64,000 nt of DNA from Lama guanicoe (GCA_013239625.1 MU054032.1:186001-250000), one strand, 5' to 3'; shown: positions 1 to 13,745, counted from the first letter of the stretch. Numbers and translations: made by a program. Notes: generated by a model not told the origin, from the letters alone.

Positions 1-3000
1 GCAGGTAACACAACTGGCTAGAGCAGGAGGAAGGCAATGAACTCACAGGGAGGGGAGGCAAGGAAGATAAGGAAAGGCTGCATAAATAACGGGTATTGGG
101 CTAAAGATTTGGACTTTGTTTAGCAGGTAATACATAGCCATTGCAAGTTTTTGTACAAGAAATGCTCAGTACTAACTAGATTGCTGGAATGTTGGAAGAT
201 TATCCTGGTAGCAGGTATAAAACTACTTCAGAGCAAGGGGTAGGGGGTGGAGAAATAGGCGGCAAAGAGATCACAGGGGATGTTTTTAACAGTAGTAATG
301 AGGGCATAAGGTCGTATCGTAGAACTAAAAAAAGAAAGGAGGGATCAATGGAAAGACATTACCACTAAATTTTAGCCAACTGAGTTAATTTCATTACTGA
401 TAATGGAACTATCAGCTGCCCCCAGTCAAAAGACTTTAGACTTTAAAAGTCCCACTACATCTGATTTGATAGAAACTGGATGAAAATGCAGTAAACACAC
501 AAAAACTGTCTCTCCCTGTTAGAAGTATAAACAATTGTAGTACCGCATCCCACTCTCTTCTTCCCTGAGCAAATAATTCTGAAAATTTCAGGTAACTCAA
601 GCTTCTTAAAGAGCGAAGATCTGGCAATGCCCACCAGTCAGTTCTACTCATTGACCCTGCACTGCCCAACCCATGTGTCTTCAATACGTTAAGATTGAGA
701 AGAAATAGAAATTTACGCAAAATGGACTGGGGAAGGCAAAATACCCAAGTTAAACACAGTTCCTTTTCTTTTTTTCCAAAGGGAATGGTTGTTGATGCTC
801 TGAGGAGTTAAATTATAATAACACATGCCAGGAAGATGATGTCAGGGAAGGCGTGGTTAGGCTCTTTACAAGTCTGAAATTCCTTTAGTCCCAAACACTT
901 CCTCTTTCAATCTCACCTATACTCAAATCTCTCCACTGAGGCAACTGTTTCAAAAGTTGAAGGAACAGTGTTGAGACCCTAGAACTCTGATCTTTTTAGC
1001 TTCAGTCTTTTTTTTTTTAAGAACCAAAAATAATTGAAGGCCATTAAAATAGTTTTTTAATAAAATGTAACATATTATTTTGCAGAATCTTTCTTTGAAA
1101 TCGACATTTTCCCCCTACTGTGACTATTTTAATTCCAACGAAAGGAATGGATATTCAACACTACATCCTGAGAAAGAACATGCCTTTATTAGGCATTATC
1201 CATTTGTTGCTTATATTCCTATATTTACAACAGTCAAAAAAGAATAAGAAAACTATGATTGTCATGAGCTTCTCAGGAAGCAACTTCCCTGATAAAGTAT
1301 ACAAATATGTCTCAAAATTTTAAAAATCCAACTCTTTAAAGACAAATAAAATGAATAAAGTCACAACAGTGGCATACAAATAGCTTTTCAAACTGAGCTC
1401 ACTGGGAATTATTTTTATTTCACCAACCAGAATTAATGACTACAGAATACACGATGTAAAAATGCTCCTTGAAGAAAGCAGATCTCTACAAATCTATTAT
1501 TTCTAGATTTTGCTATAACATAATGATGGATGGTATAAGCAGATATTTATAATTTGTACTCTTCCAAAAGTTTAGAAATTTATTGTTCTTTATCTTAGTT
1601 TTTTAAGCATTCTGGACAGGTCCAAAAACTTTATTACATAGACTTGTCCTACTTGAGAAATAGAGTTCTTAACAGAAGTGGCAAATAAGCCAATGTCAAA
1701 AATAAAATCTTCCTCTGTCACAGAAAAAAGTCTGATAGAATACATACAGAAAACTGCTACTAGTTATTTCTCTTAAGGGGTAGAATTTGGGTAAGGAACT
1801 TCTGGACATGAAGGGAAGACCTGATTTTTTATTTTATATACCTCTTTATGCTTAATTTTAAAAGTAGGCATTTCTTACATTTATTACTAAAAACTAATGA
1901 AAGTTATTTTTAATATTTAACCTTGGGTATAAAAATGCACAAATTACACAAGCAGATTCATCTAAAACATTCTTCCCAAAAGAGGAATGAACACAGTAAG
2001 CCCTATATGTCAACAAAAAGACAAAGAACAATGAAGTAGTGATTTAGTTTAAATATACCCGATATTCACAAACCCAGGTATACACACAAGGAGTCATATA
2101 GTCACAAAGTGATGTCATCATAACACTGACCTGTAAGAACCCAAAGAACACCTGACAGATACATTAGTAAGTATGTGTCTACCCCCACCCCACGTTTCCT
2201 GAACTGCTTCTCAAACCTTACAAGTTATCAGAAAGATATAGAAGAATTGAATCCGAACGCGCAGGCACACCTCGTGTCCTCTATACAATCCTAGATTTAG
2301 AAGCTTGTGAAATGTTTCCTATACAACAAGGGGAAAAGGGAGTGGAGAGCTAAGAAAAGGAAATATTTTAGATAGGGTCAATTATATGAAGCCGCTAATA
2401 GGGAAAAAAACAATTTCTGAAATTCATTTTACTGAAATTTAATGGATAACCTAAGAGACTTGGAGGAAAAAATCAGGAAGGAAACTTCCATACAGTACTA
2501 TATAAGATTTGTAAAGAATAAAGAGATGAAATAGCCCTCACTCAAAATCATATATTTATGTGTATATGTGTGTAAGTAAATATATACATTAAAAATATAT
2601 ATCATTGATAACCAACAAATATGGACGCATATTTTTTAAGGATGTAATACAGTGAACCATATAATAACTAACACCCATAAACTAACATTAGGTGTTCTGG
2701 GTCTAAACATTAACCCACTGCCTTGATCAGATATTTTGTTTAGATTTACCTGTAATAGTCTCCATAGGTGTATGAGAAAGCAGCGGGAATCCTTTCCCAC
2801 TCCCCCAACAATCCATCAAATGAGCAAAAGATCCTTAAATGTCTATGGCACCTTTTTTCTTCAGAAACGCTACAGCATCAAAAGAGAGTGTAAAGGGTCT
2901 TTCTGCTACAGCAAAAAGTTCCTCGTAATCACCACTGTGTGCCCTGAAATGCCAAGAAACTGCCCAGGATATTTCCTGGCAAATGTGGGCATGATTATTC

Positions 3001-3709
3001 ACCTCTCCCCAGACTGCCTCCAAGCCCAAGCATAGCACAATTCTCCGGCAGCTGTGGGTAAACCATGAAGACTCCAAGGATCCCTGCTGAGCCTCGCTAT
3101 CTGCAGAGCAGGAAGCAACCAGCTCCGCAGCAGAACCCAAAGAATCACAGAACTTTCTACCTTAATTTCCAAGATACACCTCCTAAAACCCCTTCCCTAC
3201 AGGCGGGGTGGGTAGGGTCTCTAATCTAGAAGAGGAGACCTAGTCCTAGACCCAGTCCTTGAAGCTGTTGTGAGTTCACTGACTATTCAGCTACCTGATA
3301 AAACTGGGGGAAGGAAGGTGGTCTGGGGGAGAATGCAAACAGTTAATCCAAAAAGACAAAATAACCTTGGAGGGTGTGGGCTGGGGGCCAGGGTCTGAGG
3401 TGACATATTATCCCTGTGAAGATTGGGTACATCAGCAGGGACTCAAACTAACTTCATTTCACAAAGATACAAACTTGCAAAACTTAATTTGTTTTTAATT
3501 CCCCTGCCTTCTCAGGCCTCACATAAGGGACTGTAAATTCCTGGAACTTCAGAACCAGGTGAGAGAAGATGCCAAAAAAACTAGTGGAAAAGAGAAGCAC
3601 TGAGAGGAGAGGAGTCCCGTTCCCCTCTTAAGGAGAATGTTAAAGCCAAGGGCACTCCCGATCCCCAGAAAAGGAAGTAGCTGAAATCCGAAAAAGCACT
3701 TTTCCCTAC

Positions 3710-3775
3710 CTTCTTGTTGTTCTTGTTATAGCCAAAAGTCGAAATCCCAGGCCTGGAAGTCACCGATAGCAGCAT
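3710..3775 (-). CDS. RBMS2: RBMS2 (RNA-binding motif single-stranded-interacting protein 2), first coding exon; the rest of the gene lies beyond the left edge of the window
   Basis: ATG at 3775 gives MLLSVTSRPGISTFGYNKNNKK (22 codons), matching the RBMS2 N-terminus as I recall it, followed by donor AAG|GTAGGG. Position relative to GLS2 fits known synteny. Confidence 0.93.
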
Positions 3776-3798
3776 TTTCTCTTTAACTTTAGGAAGCT

Positions 3799-3929
3799 GA
3801 GAGAGAGAGAAGAAGGAGAAGGAAAGGAGGGGAAAGAGAGGGAGAGGGAGGGAGGGGAGAGAGAGAGAAGGGAGGGGAGGAGAAAGGGGGAGAAAAGGAG
3901 CAAGAGGGAGAGAGAAGGGGGGTAGAGAA
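3799..3929. repeat. GA-rich polypurine/polypyrimidine low-complexity tract in the RBMS2 5' UTR/promoter
   Basis: About 130 bp almost entirely G/A on the + strand, directly upstream of the RBMS2 ATG. Confidence 0.9.
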
Positions 3930-3947
3930 TGAGCTAGGGCTGCTTGT

Positions 3948-3955
3948 TTACGTCA
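3948..3955. promoter_or_regulatory. CRE/ATF-like site in the RBMS2 promoter
   Basis: TTACGTCA (TGACGTAA on minus) just upstream of the purine tract; motif match only. Confidence 0.4.
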
Positions 3956-5619
3956 CTGATAGAAGTTAACTCTGAGTCTGAGTGAGGCACTTCCACTGGG
4001 TCCTAATGCCCAAGATGTTATTCCGCACCCCCCACCCCCAAACAGACTTAGCAGTTAAATAAAAACCAAAAGTCCTTAGGTCTACCCCTTTCAACTTTAT
4101 CCCCTTTCCTATGTGAACGAGTTCTGATTGGCATGAAAATTCGATCAGGATTTTTTTCCCCTAGATTTCAGCTATAAGAAGATTGCAAGCTTGATTTTAA
4201 AGGGGCCACTGGAATACTGCTTTGAAGAATGTGAAGAAAGCCATACTGAGAAGAAGTGCGATAAGCTCAAGACTTCCCCTCCACTTTGTATTTACAGCGA
4301 ACTTAACGCACAAAGAAAGAACAAGAGCTCACCAAAGAGCAGAGACAAGCAGAACAGTTTGGGAAATAACTAGTTTCAGATCCTTGGATAGTTTTATTCC
4401 TCTTGGGTCACGCTGATGGGCAGATGTCTCCTACCCTTTTCCAGATTCCCCCAAGTATGATTTCATACTTAAGAAGAAATTATCAACCTGGACTATGTCA
4501 TGAAACTTGGTGCCTAATGCTTTCTCCCCCTCCCCCTCAGCTTTACTGAGATCTAACTGCCTAGTGGCTTCTTCAACAACTGTAAACTATCTTATTTGAC
4601 TTTGTATCTCACTATTTCCTAGTCTTCAAGGTCCAGGAAGCTGAAACAAATTACTCACTCACCCAATCTGAAACTTATGCCCAAGCTGAAGTTCACAGAG
4701 TTGGGATGTCCTTGTCTCTGACCTGTAGAAAACAAACCAACCAACCCTATTTTAAAAACATATGCTTCACAGAGAAGAAAATACAAAGTTCTTAGGAAAG
4801 AAGAATATTAACTTAGAGTCTAGAATTTAACACAGTTGCAACACCTCTGACAGTTTCAAAGGCATGTCCTACAGAAGCAGCCTTAACAAGAAAAGAAACT
4901 TGCAGGAGACCCCAAATTTAAGAATCATACCCAGCAACTTACCAATCCAATCCAAGTAGAACAGGGAGACAGAATGAAAGCCTTCAAATCCCATAAGGCC
5001 ACTCCACTGCCATCGTGGATATTCTAAGAAATAAATTAGTGCTGTCTGCTTTGCCACAAAAAACATTAAGCCCAAACCCTCCCTTAAATGAACTCTCAGT
5101 CTCTAGTCTAGTTTTCTTGTCACCTTTTTGCTATAATAATGGGGCAGATAGTACCAACATTCTGCAGAGTAAATACACACATACCAACCCCCCAATCTCT
5201 AACTTTCATTTCCAATAGGACAGGAAGTGACTGCTCAGCTCAAGGGACACAGGAAGGGTGGGAACAGCCTCACTGAGGGAATTGCAAATGAGGTTGAAAG
5301 CACAGAGCCAAGTGCAGCAAATAAATTGATAAAGCCATCTCTCAATGATACCTCATTTTTTTAAGTCCCTTTTCTGCCCTCAGAGATTCATTATATGCCA
5401 AGTTATCACTGTCATTTAGCCCCTTAGTTGACGTCTTCTCCCTTAGCCTAACAATGTGATACAAAACCTTAATCTTTAAGGCCTGATTTATAATGGCAGT
5501 CAATCTAAATTTTTGTAAAATTCTAATATTCTCAATATGATGCGTTCTTACTGCATTCCTTAATGCTCACTGATGTCTTAGAATGTAAAACAGTCAAAAC
5601 CATCATGAGTTTTATAGAG

Positions 5620-5970
5620 CAGCTGACATGAGTTCAAATCCTGACACCACTGTTAGTTACTGTTTATATATAACTTTAGGCCGAGTTACTTAGCATCTCT
5701 AATTCACTCATTTCCAAAATGAAGATAATACCCACTTCATCAGCTTTTGGAATCAAATCTAAGTTCTGGTTCAGTCCTATCACTTATAAGCTGAGTGACA
5801 CTGGGAGAATTACTTCACATGCCTAAATCTTATTTTTTCATCTGTAAAACAGAGTAAATAATATCTACTTCCTAAAACTGTAGTGAAATGAAGATAGGCA
5901 ATGCACACAAGGCCCTTAGGAAGGGGCCCGGCACTTGGTAAAGATTCAACAGATGTTACCTCCATTATGA
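5620..5970. mobile_element. MIR SINE fragments
   Basis: MIR core-like motifs (gagttcaaatcctg..., tcatctgtaaaacagagt..., ggcacttggtaaag). Confidence 0.6.
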
Positions 5971-6980
5971 TTAATTACTCTACGGTCTCCCAGTGTGTAT
6001 CCCTCTGGGTATTGTATAACCCAGATTTGATGATCTGAAGTGAACATTTCCAAAAACTAGTATCTTAGTTACATTCAAAAGATAATACTAGGACTGGACA
6101 CACTAAACTATGTAACTGGAAAGTGGATAAGAAATTTCAGGAATCAACCAATTCAATTTCTTCTCTTTCCCTATCTTACGTAAACAAACAATCTGATTAT
6201 TTGGGAATTCTTTTCATAATCCCCAATCTCCTGGAAACTGGTGGAACATCTCTTATCTCTAGAAAAAAGGAAACAATACAGAATCAAAGCACACTAAAGA
6301 TAAGACATCCCAGCTCCCTTTCCTCTAGAGTCCTACTAATCTAAGAAATAGACATAGATACAGAGAAAAAAGTAGTATTTTCTTGTATCCTAAGACTTAG
6401 CACCATTTCTCTACTCCAAAAGTAGAAAGTATCAGAAGGTAGATAAAGAAGAATTCAACTGAATAAATTCCATTTCATATAAACTAATACAAAAACCTAG
6501 ATTTTTATACTCTATCTAGTAAGTTTAGGGCCGTAAAAGTAAAATGACCCAGATTGGTGACCTGATGCCAAAAGTCAGTAATGTCAAAGAGCACCAACAA
6601 GATTGGAAACTTCATCGTCTACTTGGGCAAGTGTATTTTTAAAGGAGGTTATGGACTCTTATAGAAGTGATGGAGAGGGTGTTGTTGGAGTTCTGTGGTT
6701 AGATTCAGGAAGTATATGAGAAGAGGAAGAATTCTGTTTCTTCCAGTGTGTTTCCTTTGACCTGTCCCCGGCAACCCCAATTTGCTTTGCCCATTATATG
6801 GCTCACATTTTTCAGATTTAGTCAGTGCATCTCAAATCCTTGGTTCTTTTGCACTCAGCACTCAAGAGTTGTTCTGAGGGGGGAGAAGTAAAATAAGAGT
6901 TATTTGGGAGCTTCTCTTGGAAAGAGACGTTTATACCTGTGATTCAACATAGACTGGTTTGTGATTTCTCCAGAAAAACA

Positions 6981-9433
6981 ACACATAAAAAAAATCATAC
7001 ACTACGGTCAAGTTGGATTCATTCCAGGGACACAAGGATGGTTCAACAAATACAAATCAATCAATATTATATGCCACATCAACAGAAGAAAGGATAAAAA
7101 CCACATGATCATCTCAATAGATGTAGAAAAAGCACTTGATAAAATTCAACATCCATTCATGATAAAAACTCTTACCAAGTTGGGTATAGGGGACATATAT
7201 TTCAGCGTAATAAAAACCACATATGACAAACCCACAGCCAACATATTACTCAACAGTGTAAAGCTGAAAGCCTTCCCACTAGACTCTGGAACAAGACAAG
7301 GATGCCCACACTCACCACTTCTATTCAACAGAGTATGGGAGGACATAGCCATAGCAATCAAACGAGAAATAAAAGGGATCCAAATTGAAAGGGAAGAGGT
7401 AAAACTGTCACTTTATGCAGGTGACATGATACTATATATAGAAAACTCTAAAGACTCCAAACAAAAACTATTAGCACTGATAAACAAATTCAGCAAGGTA
7501 GCTGGTTACAAAATTAACATACAGAAATGCTTTCTGTTGCATTTCTTTACACTAACAATGAAATATCAGAAAAGGAAAGTAAAAAATAAATCCCTTTTAA
7601 AATGTCATCAAAAAATACTTAGGCGTAAATCTGACTAGGGAGGTAAAAGACCTATATACGCTGAGAACTATAAAACACTGATGAAGGAAATTAAAGATGA
7701 TTTAAACTAATGGAACGATAACCCATCCTCTTGGATTGGAAGAATTAATACTGTTAAAATGGCCATAGTATCCAAAGCAATCCACAGATTTAATGTAATC
7801 CCTATCAAATTACCCAGGATATTTTTCACTAGAACAAATAATCTTAAAATTTACATGGAATCACAAAAGACCCAGAATTGCCAAAGCAATACTGAAGAAA
7901 AAGAATGAAGCTGGAAGCATAACCCTCCCAGACTTCAGACAATACTACAAAGCTACAGTAATCAAAACAAGATGGTATTGACACAAAAACAGACAAAGGG
8001 ATCAGTAGAATAGAATAGAGGGCCCAGAAATAAACCCATACACCTAAGGTCAATTAATCTTTGACAACAGAGGCAAGAATATACAATGGAGAAAAGACAG
8101 TCTCTTTGGCAAATGGTGCTGGGGAAGCTGGACAGCCACACATAAATCAGTGAAGTTAGAACACTCCCTCACCCCATACACAAAAATAAACTCAAAATGG
8201 CTTAAAGACTTAAACATAAGAAAGGACACCATAAGTCTCCTAGAAGGAACAAGGGCAAAACATTCTCTGACATAAAGCATAGCAATGTTTTCCTAGGTCA
8301 GTCTACCTAGGAAACAGAAATAAAAGCAAAAATAAACCAATAGGACCTAGTTAAACTTAGAAGCTTTTTCACAGCAAAGGAGACTGTAAACAAAATGAAA
8401 AGAAAACCTACAGACTCAGAGGAAATATTTACAAACAATATGAGTGACAAGGGCTTAACTTCCAGAATACACAAACAGTTCATACAACTCAATAACCACA
8501 AAAAAAAAAAAGAACAACCCAATCAAAAAATGAGCAGAAGACCTAACCAGACATCTCTCCAATGAAGATATATAGATGGCCAGTACGTACATGAAAAGAT
8601 ACTCAATATCACTAATTATCAGAGAAATGCAAATCAAAACTACAATGAGGTATCAGCTCACACCAGTCAGAATGGCCATCATTAAAAAGTAAGCAAACAA
8701 GTGCTGGAGAGGGTGCAGAGAAAAGGGAACACTCTTACACTGTTGACGGGAATGCAACTTTGTGCAGCCACTATGGAAAACAGTATGGAGATTCCTTAAA
8801 AAACTAAAAACAGAATTACCATATGATCCAGCAATCCCACTCCTGGGCATGTATCTGGAGAAAGCTCCAATTCGAAAAAGATACACGCACCCCAATGTTC
8901 ATAGCAGCATTATTTACAATAGCCAAGACATGGAAGCAACCTAAATGTCCATCGACGTTGAAAGGATATAAAGATGTAATACACACACAGACACACAAAA
9001 TGGAATATCACTCAGCCATAAAAAGAATGAAATAATGCCATTTGCAGCAACATGAATGGACCTAGAGATTATTATACTAAGTGAAGTAAATCAGAGAAAG
9101 ACAAATATCATGATATCACTTATATGTGGAATCTAAAAAAATGACCCAAATGAACTTATTTACAAAACAGAGACTCACAGACATAGAAAACAAACTTATG
9201 GTTACCAAAGGGGAAAGGGATAAATTGAGAGTTTGGGATTAGCAGATAAAAACTACTACATACAGATAAACAATAATATATCTAGCACAGGGAACTATAT
9301 TCAATAACTTGTAATAACCTATAATGAAAAGAATATGTATAACTGAATAACTGAATCACTATGCTGTTCACTAGAAACTAACACAACATTGTAAATCAAC
9401 TATACTTCAATTAAAAAATGAAAAAAAAAAAAA
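6981..9433 (+). mobile_element. 5'-truncated LINE-1 (ORF2 RT/C-terminal region, 3' UTR, poly-A) with 9-bp TSD
   Basis: ORF 6961-7638 is L1 ORF2 ([35 protein letters not shown]) but disrupted; poly-A ~9413-9433; TSD AGAAAAACA at 6972-6980 and 9434-9442. Confidence 0.95.
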
Positions 9434-10443
9434 AGAAAAACACTTTTCATTCAGTGTCTCAAGTAGAAGAGCTGAGGCTAGATCAACTCCGATTAGTATG
9501 TTGAAAGATGACTGCATGCCACTATTGGTCCCTCCACATCAGGGTGGAGAACTCCAAAGAATGTAGTACCTGCCGATGTGCCAGACCCTACACATAGGAC
9601 TGGAGCCAGGCTGATGTGGCAGATGTGTCTGAAAGCCGTGAGAGAGGGCCAGTTTGTTAGTGGAGTTCTGAATATAGTTCAGAGACCTGAACAAGGTATA
9701 TTAGGCCTGAGGCCGTTTCTCCCCACCTATTAATATTCTCTTTGGATTATCTTTCCTCCCACTAATTAACTTTTGTGCCCAAAAGTCTAGGTTATGGGAA
9801 AAGACCAAAAAGTAGAATTTATTTCATGGTAAAGAGATGAGGCAATGCCTTAAGAAGTGAAAAAAAAAGTTTATTTAACACATCAGCTTCCTTAAGCAGA
9901 AAAATCTAAGGATCTGCATCAAATAACAAGAAAAGTTTAGCATTGCCCCCGTCTGATGTAGGATGGAATGGCAAAATTGGTCTAAAACTAGAAATGAGGG
10001 AAGTTTGGTCTCTCAACTCCTTGACTTAACTCATTGGAAAACAGGGAGAAAGACAGGAAGCTCTGACAAATTATTTATCTCATACCCTGGATATCAGTGC
10101 TAACAGTATATTCTTCTCTCCTGTAACAACAGATACTTCCAGCCAAAACTCACTACAGGGAATAGCCTAACAGAATTTTTAAGTAGACTTATCCTTTGCC
10201 AGATACTAAAATACAGGAATCAAATCACCCAGAATCACTGAGCCAGAAAATTAGCGTAATATAGAAAGAAAAGACTAGACTAGATTCTATGCATACTCAG
10301 AATGGACTGTATTGATTGGTAATATTATAGTCTCTAAATGTATGTTTCCTTCACACTTGAGAAATTAATTTTGTTTGGTCTCAGCTATCCCTAAAACAAA
10401 TAACTCATATGATCCCAATAGGGCCCACAAATGAATTCAACAA

Positions 10444-10685
10444 TTAGGTTGAACCAAATGAAACGGTTGTTTCTATAGGTTAAATATGGATCTTTTCTTT
10501 TTTTGTGGGGGGAGATAATTAGGTTTTATATATATAAAATATTATATATTTTTTAACAGAGGTACTAAGGATTGAACCCAAGACCCCATGCATGCTAAGC
10601 ACACACTCTACTACTGAGCTATCCCCTCCCCTACTGAATCTTTTCAAATAGTCAAGTACTGCCAATTTCATATGGTTAAATCTAA
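10444..10685. mobile_element. MADE2-like mariner MITE split by a SINE insertion
   Basis: Terminal inverted repeats ttaggttgaaccaaatgaaa (from 10444) and tttcatatggttaaatctaa (to 10685). Confidence 0.7.
10493..10631 (-). mobile_element. tRNA-derived SINE (Vic-1-like, camelid)
   Basis: Minus strand reads GGGGAGGGGATAGCTCAGTAGTAGAGTGTGTGCTTAGCATGCATGGGGTCTTGGGTTCAATCC (A and B boxes) followed by an A-rich tail. Confidence 0.85.
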
Positions 10686-12869
10686 CATTGCAAAAAGTAC
10701 AAAAGCCATGGGGATAATGAGTCAGAATACTGATGAACTGGACAGTTCCTTTGCTTTGTCCTCTCTCATTTTCAGACGGAAAAAAACCCCAGAGAGGTGA
10801 ACTCACTTGCATAAGGTCAGGAGGTGAAATAATACCTGGCACCAGAATCCAGACTTTCTGTCTTGATTCAGCATTGTCTCCACATCAATCTGATTTTGCT
10901 ACGAAATTAAAAATTCTGATAAATACATATTTTGGGGTCAGAAGTAATAAAGGAATAATCCCAGGATTCTAAAGGTCAAAGTTCAATAATTTTCCTCAAA
11001 CCAGCTCTTTATCTCAAGTAGCAGTGATACGCAATATTTCAGCCTACTCTTAAGTTGCACAATGGATGCTAATTCTAGGAGTAAACTTATAATGCCAAAA
11101 AGAATAAGATCTGTAGAAAACTACAGCTGTAGTTCTGGCTGATTAAGTATTCAAGATTCTACCTGAGCTTTGATTCATTACATATTTAGAAAGTAATTTG
11201 CTTGAATTCTGCTTTTCTTCTGGGGATAATTTGTACCACATCTGGAAACTCTCAAATGAAACATAAGATTTGAACATAAGAAATAGTTTCTAAAATATCA
11301 ACATACAGTATTTATAAAGCCACCAATCACTAGCAGGTATTACAGAAGTATAAGCTTGATGAGGACAGGACTGTGACTATTGTGTGTACCTCATTATATC
11401 CCTAGCATTTAACAGTACCTGGCTAATTTAAAATTTAAAATATTTGTCAGCAGTGACACCTCCTCATGAGAACTTGCCTTTTAAAAAGGACCTCCTCCAT
11501 CCCTGTCCAGAAGAAGAGAAGAGGAGGGAGGAAACTGCCTGTTGCAGAGCCCCAATTCCTACCTCATGGATGTGAAATGCTCTCTTTAGTCATGCACAAA
11601 TACTAGTTTATGTGTTGGCTGCTCTACTGTCCCCTGCCAGCTTACAGGAGGAAAAGCAAGGTTTACAGAAAGATGCCCCTTCAAACAGAAGCAGCACTAA
11701 AAGTACTCTGAAATCAGGATGAATGGGAAACCATCCCAATAAACACATTTTGAATACACATACACACACACACAAATTTTTTAAAAATTTTTGTTCAATG
11801 AATGAATGGAAAATCTCGAACATTAAATTTACATCTGGAAAGATATTACTCATTAAAAACACTGAAAACAGTGTTGATAGTGATGAAATGCCACATTAGG
11901 ACATTTAGGAGCTTTTTCTATTATATTTAAAATACATATTATTTTCCTCTTATGGCTAATTTTTGTGTCTTTAGGAAGTCACAGAGCCTGAATTAACTTG
12001 TGTCTCTCATCGGTGTATTAGATAAAACTTAACTCCCATTAACCATAAAAAGACACCACCGCAAAAGGCCCGATATAAATTTGTATTCCTGTAACATTTT
12101 GTACAAAATTTTTGTAGGCTTTAACTCTACTTGACTGCCTCACCTCTTGCACCCAGATGGTGGGCTCCCAGGAAACAGACACCAACTTTATTAATATTTT
12201 TATCTTTAACACATAAACATAATTTATGCTCAAGAATGCAATTTAAAAAAAAAAAATCTCTCCAGTGGGAAATGAATCCCAATAAATATTAAGAAAACAC
12301 TGCCGCCTCCTGGATAATACAGGTTGTGCATCCTTTAGCAACCTCCAGGAAGAGAAAGCATAGATTTGTATATAGGTAGATGAAAAGTTTGAAATTTAAA
12401 CCCAATTCTATCATTTGCTATGTTAAACTGGAACCTCAATCTTTTAAAACATCGGTTTCCCCTTCTACAAAATGGGCATAGTATCTGTCCTATCTCTCAG
12501 GGATTATCATGACAGTCAAATTAGATAATAACTGTAAAAGTACTTTGTTCATTATAAAGCATTTTCCACGTATGAGCCCACACTTGATATTTACTATACC
12601 ATGTTGCATCTAACAAACTCATCTTATTTTTAATTATTTTATTCACACAGTAGTTGTCTTAATAAATCCATCTTATTTCTTACCACAAATCTAAGTAAAT
12701 AACCTGCAGCTTGAGGGTCAGAGCCAACTCATTAAATTTCAGATGCCTAATGGCAAATTTCTCTCTTTATATGTTAATGTAGGTTCACTATCATCAACTT
12801 ATTAACATGTACATAATATAATATGTTGCTGAACATAAAAATATGTTAAAATTAAAACTACTTGGAGAC

Positions 12870-13745
12870 TGATGCTGGAAAAGCTGGACAGCTACATGTA
12901 AAAGAATGAAGTTAGAGTATTCTCTAATACCATATACAAAAATAAACTCAAAATGGATGAAAGACCTAAATGTAAGACCAGATTACTATTAAATTTCTAG
13001 AGGAAAACACAGACAGAACACTCTTTGATATAAATCACAGCAATATTTTTTTCAAACCAGCTCCTAGAGTAATAGAAATAAAAGCAAAAATAAACAAATG
13101 GGACCTAATTAAACACAAAAGCTTTTGCACATCTAAGGATACCATAAACAAAACAAAAAAATCTTACAGAATGGGAGAAAATATTTACAAATGATACAAC
13201 TGACAAGGGACTGATTTCTAAAATATACAAACAGCTCATACAGCTTAATATTTAAAAAAAAGCAACCCAATCAAAAAATGGGCAGAGACCTAAACAGATA
13301 TCTCTCCAAAGAAAACATCCGGATGGCCAACAGGCACATGAAAAGATGCTCAATATCGCTAATTATCAGAGAAACACAAATCAAAACTACAATGAGATAT
13401 CATCTCACACCAGTCAGAATGGCCATTATTATCATTAAAAAGTCTACAAATAATAAATGCTAGAGAGTATGTGGAGAAAAGGGAACTCTCCTACACAGTT
13501 GGTGGGAATGTAAATTGGTGCAGCCACTATGGAGGACAGTACGGAGGTTCCTTAAAAAACTAAAAATAGAGTTACCATATGATCCAGCAATCCCACTCCT
13601 GGGCATATATCCAGAGAAAACTGTAATTTGAAAAAACACATGCACCCCAATGTTCATAGCAGCACTATTTACAATGGCCAACGTGGAAACAACCTAAGTG
13701 TCCATCGACAGATGACTGGGTAAAGAAGATGTGATATATATATAT
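12870..13745 (+). mobile_element. LINE-1 fragment (ORF2 3' end), ending in a TA-rich run
   Basis: L1 ORF2 C-terminal sequence ([33 protein letters not shown]; gatccagcaatcccactcctggg). Confidence 0.9.

Noticed and set aside
2736..3140. Overlapping 99-aa and 101-aa ORFs in RBMS2 intron 1
   Set aside because: No recognisable homology, no convincing splice signals, and non-ATG starts.
6961..7638. 225-aa ORF as a host gene or active reverse transcriptase
   Set aside because: It is a frameshifted, 5'-truncated L1 ORF2 fragment with a degenerate catalytic motif (YAGD instead of YADD/FADD).
9434..11074. Resemblance of the fossil peptide (RLKYCVSL; SAWLQSYV) to FBXO3/SMI1-KNR4 segments
   Set aside because: Only two short motif look-alikes from memory, with different spacing; not enough to assign a family without a profile search.
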